DNA of 28,838 nucleotides from Pyrinomonadaceae bacterium (GTDB lineage: Bacteria > Acidobacteriota > Blastocatellia > Pyrinomonadales > Pyrinomonadaceae). The notes below the pieces were generated by a model. That model ran no database searches. It had not been told where the DNA came from and saw nothing but the letters and a program-made list of their open reading frames with translations. Each line of letters begins with the position of its first letter. Within the stretch, counting starts at the first letter, position 1. The stretch spans positions 1 to 28,838 of the forward strand of contig DATEWS010000451.1 of the NCBI GenBank assembly GCA_035257785.1. Direction: 5' to 3'. The position numbers and the translations under genes are program-made. Shown piece by piece: positions 23,701 to 28,838 of the stretch.

Positions 23701-25168
23701 AATCAACCGTGAGGTCAGTTAACAAAGGATTGCGAATGCGTTCATGGAAACGGCGCGCGGCGGCCGATGTATCCCCTTGGTCTGAAACATAGTCGACTTC
23801 GCCTCTGCCATATTCGGCCATCTTGTCGAGCAGGAAACGATTGGGATTACTTCCGAAACCCATCGCAAACACACGCGCATTCGGATGTTTCTGTACTTCC
23901 GAAATGATCTGCATGTCGTTGCCGACGAGACCGTCGGTCATGAAACACACGATGCGCACATGATACTGAGAATCTGAAGGATCGAGCGCAGCCTTGATCG
24001 CCTGCATCATTTCTGTGCCGCCGCCGCTGCTGTACCCATCAAGAAATGTTTTGGCCGTTGCCAGATTCTCAGGAGTAGCCGCCACGGGTTCGGGGAAGAG
24101 GATGTCAGTGCTGCCCGAAAAGGTAATTAAGTTGAACGTGTCGTGCGGGTAAAGGTTGTTGAGTGCGAGGCTCATCGTTTCTCTGGCTTTATCAAACGGG
24201 AAGCCGGACATCGAACCCGAAGTATCCAGAACAAAGACCAACTCTTTCGGCATCACGTCTTCCGGTGAGACGCGCTGGGGTGGCTGTAAGATAAGAGTGA
24301 AGAAGCCACCCCTTTCGGAGCGATGGGCGAGGACGGCATCGTTGATGGAGTCGCCGGCAACGCGATAGGTGAGAACGAAATCTTTATTCGGAATGGTGGC
24401 GCGATCTTTCAGACGAACGACGGAGTGATGTTCGCTGAGTTGTTGTACTTCAGTTTCGTGAGTTAGTGAGCTGACTTCGAGGATCGGCACACCCGCATCC
24501 AAATCGAGTTCGAGCGAGATATCGTGACCGTTACGTGCGTGGGCAGGACTATGGTGCAACTCTTGGCCATTTGAACGAGGCATATAACGCGGGCCAACCA
24601 CCATCGGAAACGACCACTCGTAAGATCCGTCTTCATACTTCAGGGTCTCAACGTAGCTGATGATGATTTGAATTTGTTGGCCCGGCATGATGTTGGCGAT
24701 TTGCTGCGTGAAGATATTCGGGCGCTGCTGATCGAGCAGGCTGGCCACTTTGCCTTGCTCTTTTGCAGCGGTGTACGCGGCTTGTGCTTCCTGGCGTCGC
24801 ATGATCTTGCCTTTGATCGTGCGGTCACCAATCCGCATCGTCAGATCGTCAACGGCGGCAGCTTGCGGCAGTGGGAACGTGTAGACCGCTTCAATCTTGT
24901 TCGGGAAGTTGTTTTCGAAATCCTGAGTGACTGTGACGCGCGAGATGGAGCCACTCACCTGCGCTTTAACCCACGTGTGTTTCAAAGGAACTTCGGCTGA
25001 AGGTTTTCCTTTGTCATCGAGGACCTGAATGCTGCCCCGACTCTGCGGTTTCTCATCGTCTTTTGCAGCGGCGGCAGTGTCGGAGTGCGCGAGGCGCAAG
25101 ATCGTCAAGACAGTTAAGGTCGCAACGATGGCGAGTGTGGTCCATTTGAGAAATAATCGGCGGCGCAT
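20768..25168 (-). CDS. VIT + vWA protein fused to a TonB-dependent-receptor-like plug and beta-barrel (1466 aa)
   Basis: VIT (VTVTQDFEN...IEAVYTFPLP...ASLLDQQRPNIF); vWA with complete MIDAS (DTSGS, GGGT, TDG); LMTQYTSFVA. Then TBDR plug (ISELPLQGR...LTPG...NGHRPNANEFKVDG), GTNEFHGS, FGGPIRRDHTFFFGAYEG, QDQWK, RLDRGPSDFD-like LDRGPSDFD, FNVFNHTNF and a terminal Phe (VKFLF). AAGGA RBS upstream. Confidence 0.85.
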   Translation of the reverse strand: MRRRLFLKWTTLAIVATLTVLTILRLAHSDTAAAAKDDEKPQSRGSIQVLDDKGKPSAEVPLKHTWVKAQVSGSISRVTVTQDFENNFPNKIEAVYTFPLPQAAAVDDLTMRIGDRTIKGKIMRRQEAQAAYTAAKEQGKVASLLDQQRPNIFTQQIANIMPGQQIQIIISYVETLKYEDGSYEWSFPMVVGPRYMPRSNGQELHHSPAHARNGHDISLELDLDAGVPILEVSSLTHETEVQQLSEHHSVVRLKDRATIPNKDFVLTYRVAGDSINDAVLAHRSERGGFFTLILQPPQRVSPEDVMPKELVFVLDTSGSMSGFPFDKARETMSLALNNLYPHDTFNLITFSGSTDILFPEPVAATPENLATAKTFLDGYSSGGGTEMMQAIKAALDPSDSQYHVRIVCFMTDGLVGNDMQIISEVQKHPNARVFAMGFGSNPNRFLLDKMAEYGRGEVDYVSDQGDTSAAARRFHERIRNPLLTDLTVDWGSMPVSDVYPKNIPDLFSAKPVILSGRYSSGAEGTIRLKGKMAGQEFVREIRVKLPETEADHDVLATLWARRKVSDLMGQELAQSPENKPQQEQLREEVTQLGLTFKLMTQYTSFVAIDDQIFTGADAPQRVDVSSNVVGITECVTIVSGSPGFTCALYSTIAVRTISELPLQGRSYNSLVALTPGASANQSANSLYNVDLAMNGHRPNANEFKVDGVSAKFGIAAGGESPGSSASGNAPALTASGGTNGIASLDAIAEINIQTLATKPEDGPGAGAQINVSTRAGTNEFHGSVFHFFGNDVFDASDWFANSRGLEQPPRRLNLFGASFGGPIRRDHTFFFGAYEGLRLRQPSVGVTDVPSLSSRTAGSFLNAFPLPTGPARPDGFAEFAASFANPVRHDVGSLRLEHNFTSGSNVLGRYSFADSDASQRGANGFSLNTTNRVRTRARAFTGSLIHLFSPVMQMELHANYSRARVNGAYLLDDVGGAVVPDNLSPSAFTFDLSSRNAAFMRGDETASVQRQFNLVGFVQRISGNHDLKFGADYRRFSPTIGQRASEQNVLFTGGVLSRISFVNHDTPQEPVFNRLSLFGQDQWKPSSRVTLVYGTRWELAPAPSTDGQQLWNTTFGNFAPRASVAYQMDQNANTVLRGSVGVVYDVSQDRSGNYFANSIPFVSGDSALPVIAFDRQLKVPYSIDWSVSLERTLGSDQEVSAVYVGSSGKRLLHTETLFDEGFLRLVTNRGNSDYRALQLSFDRSVSANLVAHVSYVWSQSRDNVSEDSERRVIMASANPELDRGPSDFDVRHHLAGHISYQLPAPFAHGLGNKLFRNWATHSIFNARSARPLNVVYMFPTSYGVAYFRPDVATGTSFYILDATAPGGRRLNPGAFLIPSTLEQGSFARNGLRGFSFSQVDWGLRRKFNFSETVALQIQADAFNVFNHTNFEDPVGNDLVAGNSLAFGQSTSTSGARTMRFSVKFLF

Positions 25169-25490
25169 AGATCATCCTTGTCTGCAAGACACACGTGGGC
25201 GTAATGCCGGCGCACAACAAGCGTGTCGCTGCCTGAGTAAAATCCCTGGTTGTAAATTTTTTGAGACCGGAGAACAGCGTGGTCTCAGAAGTTACTCTTA
25301 CTAGACCATGCGGGGGAGACCGCGCGAGGAACCATTCAATTGGCTAACCCTATTGATGCAGAATTTTGTAGGCGAGTAGCCTGACGCGAGAAAAGTTTTG
25401 TGGAAATTTGTTGCCCAGGGTTGCTGCGATCCATTACATTGAATTCATCTCGCCCCAATGACCTCACTCAATCTGAAGGAGGTCGCAAGA

Positions 25491-25601
25491 ATGTTACAGC
25501 AGTTATGGGACACGTTCGTCATGCTGATCCCAGTGTTCTTATTGCTCACGATGATCTTCGGGGCGGGCTTTTACATTGGGCGAGTAAGTAAGCGAGAATA
25601 G
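25491..25601 (+). CDS. Small single-pass membrane protein, 36 aa (MLQQLWDTFVMLIPVFLLLTMIFGAGFYIGRVSKRE); absent from the supplied ORF track
   Basis: Perfect SD AAGGAGGT at 25476-25483, 7 nt before ATG; a hydrophobic stretch of about 20 aa followed by the basic tail RVSKR; TAG at 25599-25601. Confidence 0.72.
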   Translation: MLQQLWDTFVMLIPVFLLLTMIFGAGFYIGRVSKRE

Positions 25602-25603
25602 AC

Positions 25604-25631
25604 GCCGCGGATTACACGGATTTACACGGAT
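25604..25631 (+). repeat. Half element of REP-like family A (left arm only, three tandem units) running into the DUF763 start codon
   Basis: GCCGCGGATTACACGGATTTACACGGAT; the first 19 nt match 7992-8010 at 18 of 19 positions. No partner arm seen. Confidence 0.75.
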
Positions 25632-26835
25632 GAAACGCTCGGGCATCGCTGATCTTCCTCTTCATGGCGGTCGTGTTCCGCCGTGGCTTGCCGAGCGCAT
25701 GACTAAACTCGGCACCGCGATCACGGAGTCGATTGTTCATCACTACGGCACATCAGCTTTTCTAACTCGACTCAGCGATCCATTCTGGTTCCAGGCGTTC
25801 GGCGCAGTGATGGGAATGGATTGGCATTCGTCCGGCATCACTACTTCCGTGATGGGCGCGTTGAAACGTGGCCTCGCTCCGCGTGCGAACGAGCTCGGGC
25901 TGTACGTGTGCGGTGGCCGCGGCAAGTCTTCGCGCAACACCCCAAACGAACTTCGTTCACTCGCTGAGCGCGGTAGTTTCGACGGCGACGCACTCGTCCG
26001 CACCAGTAGGCTTACTGCTCGCATCGACAATAACGCCATCAACGACGGCTTTCAGATCTATCTTCACAGCTTCGTGTTGAGTGCAACAGGCGAATGGGCG
26101 GTAGTGCAACAAGGCTTGAACGACGCGAACGGCCTGGCTCGTCGATACCACTGGCACTCAGCGTCAGTGCGCGACTTTGTGAACGAGCCGCACACGGCGA
26201 TCTTCGGCGAGAACCAGGGAACGATCATGAACCTCGTCGACTCGCGCGCGGATCGAGCCCAAACGGCGCTGCTCGAGATCGCGCATGAACATCCGGAAAA
26301 AACTCTGAGTGAAGCTCGTCATCTGCGTCTGCCGTCGCACCACGAAGTGCGCGAGAAGAACGTTGATCGGAAACGACTCGGAGCAGTTCTCGCCGTGGCT
26401 TACGAACGTGGACTACACGATTTTGCCGAGTTGCTGCTGCTCGAAAAGCTTGGACCACGCACATTGCAATCACTCGCGCTCGTCGCGGAAGTGGTTCACG
26501 GTGCGCCGAGCCGGTTCAACGATCCGGCACGATTTGCATTCGCGCATGGCGGTAAAGATGGACACCCGCATCCTGTGCCTTTAAAGACTTACGACGAGTC
26601 GCTGCATTTCCTGCGTAACACACTCAACGCAGCGAAAGTCGGTCACACGGAGAAGCTCGATGGATTTCGTCGTCTCGACAGCTTCGTTCGGATGGTTGAA
26701 AAACGTTTGAAACCAAAAGCGGACTTTGAAGCGCTCATTCGTCACGAAAATGCAATCTCACCAAGCCTCAATGGTCGCACTGTTTTTGACGACAAGCGCA
26801 GGGTTATTAATCCACGCCAGGGCTCATTGTTCTAA
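25630..26835 (+). CDS. DUF763 family protein
   Basis: Characteristic start MKRSGIADLPLHGGRVPPWL, RLSDPFWFQAFGAVMGMDWHSSGITT, GLYVCGGRG, QQG...ARRYHW, FAFAHGGKDGHPHPV. Family recognised from memory. Confidence 0.85.
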   Translation: MKRSGIADLPLHGGRVPPWLAERMTKLGTAITESIVHHYGTSAFLTRLSDPFWFQAFGAVMGMDWHSSGITTSVMGALKRGLAPRANELGLYVCGGRGKSSRNTPNELRSLAERGSFDGDALVRTSRLTARIDNNAINDGFQIYLHSFVLSATGEWAVVQQGLNDANGLARRYHWHSASVRDFVNEPHTAIFGENQGTIMNLVDSRADRAQTALLEIAHEHPEKTLSEARHLRLPSHHEVREKNVDRKRLGAVLAVAYERGLHDFAELLLLEKLGPRTLQSLALVAEVVHGAPSRFNDPARFAFAHGGKDGHPHPVPLKTYDESLHFLRNTLNAAKVGHTEKLDGFRRLDSFVRMVEKRLKPKADFEALIRHENAISPSLNGRTVFDDKRRVINPRQGSLF

Positions 26836-26974
26836 TTTGAATACAGCCTTTGATTTTCAGGGCCCTTTTGCTAATCTTTTTTGGACCCCCACCATTAAAT
26901 TGCCCCGACAGTAATAGACGCAGACGGAGTGCGCTATTTGCATTCCTAATTAAGTATTGAAGGAGCAAATAACT

Positions 26975-27922
26975 ATGAGCTTTAAGAGACTTTACCCGAT
27001 AACGGTGGGCTGCGTGCTGGCCGTCTTAGTGTCGTTGGCGCCTGCGGTTATGGGCCAGACGACGACCACGCAAACCGCACAGAACCCGAACATGACACTG
27101 CGTTCGGTTCCGAGTGGTTCAAAGATGAAGTTCAGAGGTGTTGTCATCAGCCGCGATGCAGACCTGTTCACTATTCGCGACCGCAGTCGCGCTGACTATC
27201 AAGTTCTCATTACTGACGATACGAGCATCAAGACCCACGGTGGTTTCCTTCGCTCCGGAAAGAAATATCCGGTGACTGACATCCTGCGAGGATTGATCGT
27301 TGAGGTCGAAGGAAAAGGCAACAACCAGGGTCAGTTAGTGGCCGACAAGATTCGGTTCAATGAGTCCGACATGCGTGCCGCCATCACTTCGGATACACGC
27401 GTGAGTCCGGTCGAAGCCAACCAGGAACGCATGGCGGGTCAGATGGACGAGCTTTATGCAGTGGCAGCAGAAGCGCGTGCTGAAGTGAAGGCTGTGAATG
27501 AGCGCGTTTCGGCCCTTGACGACTACGACGTGCAGGAAACTACTTCGGTTACTTTCCGCACGAACAGCGCCGTGCTTTCGCCTGAAGCCAAGACGCAACT
27601 CGACGAGCTTGCCGCGAAGACCTTGAATGCTCGTGCGTTCATGATCGAAGTTGCCGGACATACTGATTCGACCGGCAGCGACGCGAAGAATTTCCGGCTT
27701 AGCCAGCAACGTGCCCAGGCTGTCGTTCAATATCTGGCGGTCCAGCACAAGATTCCGCTCCGCCGGTTTGTCACCCCGATGGGTTATGGCAAGACGGAGG
27801 CAGTGGCTGATAACACCACGGCCGCAGGTCGTTCACAGAATCGACGTGTGGACGTGAAGATGATTATCAATCGCGGCATGAACCAGCCGGCTACGAGTTC
27901 GTCTTCGCCAGTACGACCGTAA
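26975..27922 (+). CDS. Exported OmpA-C (peptidoglycan-binding) domain protein with an N-terminal beta-rich (DUF5666-like) domain and a coiled-coil linker
   Basis: Signal peptide, then VTFRTNSAVL...IEVAGHTDSTGS...LSQQRAQAV...GYG...NRRV. ATG 26975 has AAGGAG upstream. No OmpA beta-barrel. Confidence 0.88.
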   Translation: MSFKRLYPITVGCVLAVLVSLAPAVMGQTTTTQTAQNPNMTLRSVPSGSKMKFRGVVISRDADLFTIRDRSRADYQVLITDDTSIKTHGGFLRSGKKYPVTDILRGLIVEVEGKGNNQGQLVADKIRFNESDMRAAITSDTRVSPVEANQERMAGQMDELYAVAAEARAEVKAVNERVSALDDYDVQETTSVTFRTNSAVLSPEAKTQLDELAAKTLNARAFMIEVAGHTDSTGSDAKNFRLSQQRAQAVVQYLAVQHKIPLRRFVTPMGYGKTEAVADNTTAAGRSQNRRVDVKMIINRGMNQPATSSSSPVRP

Positions 27923-27930
27923 GACAGAAT

Positions 27931-27969
27931 GCAGGAGCAGCGTACAGGAGCAGGGTTTCCTGCTCCTGC
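27931..27969 (+). terminator. Hairpin after the OmpA-domain gene, with a duplicated left arm
   Basis: CAGGAGCAGG (27945-27954), loop GTTT, CCTGCTCCTG (27959-27968): perfect 10 bp. A second copy, GCAGGAGCAG, at 27931-27940. No immediate U-tract. Confidence 0.55.
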
Positions 27970-28172
27970 TGACTGCGCCTGATACTTTTGCTGATCTCTA
28001 AAAAGTTCGTTGCATTTGGTTTAATGCCGTTCTAATACTTTCCTGCCAGTACACGGTTTCCGTACCCCAAACCCGCTTTCGTCGAAAATCGTCAAATTCA
28101 GCGTCAAAATTTCGTTAGAAATGGCCTTTTTCGTGACGTTTCAATGGCCCCTCGTTTGCTCAGTAAAGAGGC

Positions 28173-28799
28173 ATGACAAATAGTGAAGTCTTCCCAATTT
28201 TGCACGGTGGCCTGGCGGCCACAACGAAATCTGAACCAGCGCCAAATTCGGATTTGGCGTTGGCTATCGCCGCCGGCAAAGGCGACATGGGCGCGTTTGA
28301 GAAGATTTATGAGCGTCACAACCGGCGGGTGTATTCACTGTGTCTGCGGATGACGCAGAATGCGGCTGAGGCTGAAGATCTCGCCCAGGAGGCGTTCATA
28401 CAGTTATTTCGCAAGATCGGCAGCTTCCGTGGCGATTCTGCATTCACGACATGGCTGCACCGGTTGACGGTCAACCAGTGTCTGATGCACTTCCGGAAAC
28501 GCAGTGTGAAGATGGAGAAAACCACTGAGGAAGGTGAGACGCCGGTACAGATCGTCAGCGGCACTGAAAACCCCAACTCGATGCCGATCATGGATCGCAT
28601 CGCGCTGGATAATGCGTTAACACAACTACCGCCGGGATATCGAACCGTCTTTGTGTTACACGACGTTGAAGGTCACGAACACGAAGAGATCGCGAAGATG
28701 CTCGGCGTTGCTGTCGGCACTTCCAAGTCGCAGTTGCACAAAGCGCGCATGAAGCTGCGCAAGATTCTTAAAGCGCGCAACGAACCAAGCAAGAATTAA
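28173..28799 (+). CDS. ECF-family sigma-70 RNA polymerase sigma factor (208 aa)
   Basis: Region 2: AFEKIYERH...AEDLAQEAF...[11 protein letters not shown]. Region 4: [16 protein letters not shown]...EEIAKMLG...[11 protein letters not shown]. No region 3 and no C-terminal extension. Confidence 0.93.
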   Translation: MTNSEVFPILHGGLAATTKSEPAPNSDLALAIAAGKGDMGAFEKIYERHNRRVYSLCLRMTQNAAEAEDLAQEAFIQLFRKIGSFRGDSAFTTWLHRLTVNQCLMHFRKRSVKMEKTTEEGETPVQIVSGTENPNSMPIMDRIALDNALTQLPPGYRTVFVLHDVEGHEHEEIAKMLGVAVGTSKSQLHKARMKLRKILKARNEPSKN

Positions 28800-28802
28800 G
28801 TT

Positions 28803-28838
28803 AGCCCACAAAAAGGCACAAAAAGCACAATTGTTGTG
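28803..28838. repeat. REP-like element, family C, truncated by the window edge
   Basis: AGCCCACAAAAAGGCACAAAAAGCACAA immediately after the sigma stop codon; the same unit as at 14543. Confidence 0.7.

Noticed and set aside
25169-25440. Cobalamin or TPP riboswitch ahead of the TonB-receptor fusion
   Set aside because: The - strand leader lacks the B12 box and TPP core by eye; only an isolated CTGAGA is present.
25400-25591. 63-aa + strand ORF from the track
   Set aside because: GTG start without an SD and no protein-like features. The overlapping 36-aa ORF in another frame has a perfect SD and a clean TM helix.
25300-25630. LexA/SOS box upstream of DUF763
   Set aside because: No GTTC-N7-GTTC, GAAC-N4-GTTC or CTGT-N8-ACAG pattern found by eye.
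227-28600. Remaining short overlapping ORFs in the six-frame track
   Set aside because: They are nested in or antisense to well-supported genes and lack motifs or RBS; this is expected in GC-rich DNA.
7992-28838. CRISPR array or IS/MITE interpretation of the dispersed repeats
   Set aside because: The repeats are isolated intergenic dyads, not regularly spaced with unique spacers; no cas or transposase genes and no clear target-site duplications were seen.

Overview
A 28.8 kb bacterial chromosomal window, probably from Acidobacteriota (Blastocatellia/Pyrinomonadaceae-like); this is inferred from the TonB-receptor type and gene content, not from a database search. Left to right it holds: (1) a complete oppABCDF peptide ABC transporter whose OppA carries an insertion of about 95 aa; (2) a four-gene + strand signalling cluster (6325-12064) encoding a PocR-GAF-GGDEF diguanylate cyclase, a 760-aa protein fusing a degenerate STAND/AAA-like module, a wHTH, a possible nuclease-fold domain and an RsbW-type GHKL domain, a STAS anti-anti-sigma protein, and a GAF-HD-GYP phosphodiesterase; (3) a convergent six-gene - strand cluster, FHA - PBP - RodA/FtsW - PP2C - Ser/Thr kinase (SH3b) - FHA, which looks like a rearranged actinobacterial fhaA-pstP-rodA-pbpA-pkn operon; (4) a 1466-aa VIT-vWA protein fused in frame to a TonB-dependent-receptor-like barrel; (5) an unannotated 36-aa membrane microprotein, DUF763, an OmpA-C protein and an ECF sigma factor. 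Many intergenic gaps carry REP-like inverted repeats from a few related families, with compensatory base changes between copies. No rRNA, tRNA, CRISPR array, transposase or integrase was seen. The best candidates for undescribed systems are cluster (2) and fusion (4). All domain calls come from reading motifs by eye and need HMM or structure confirmation.
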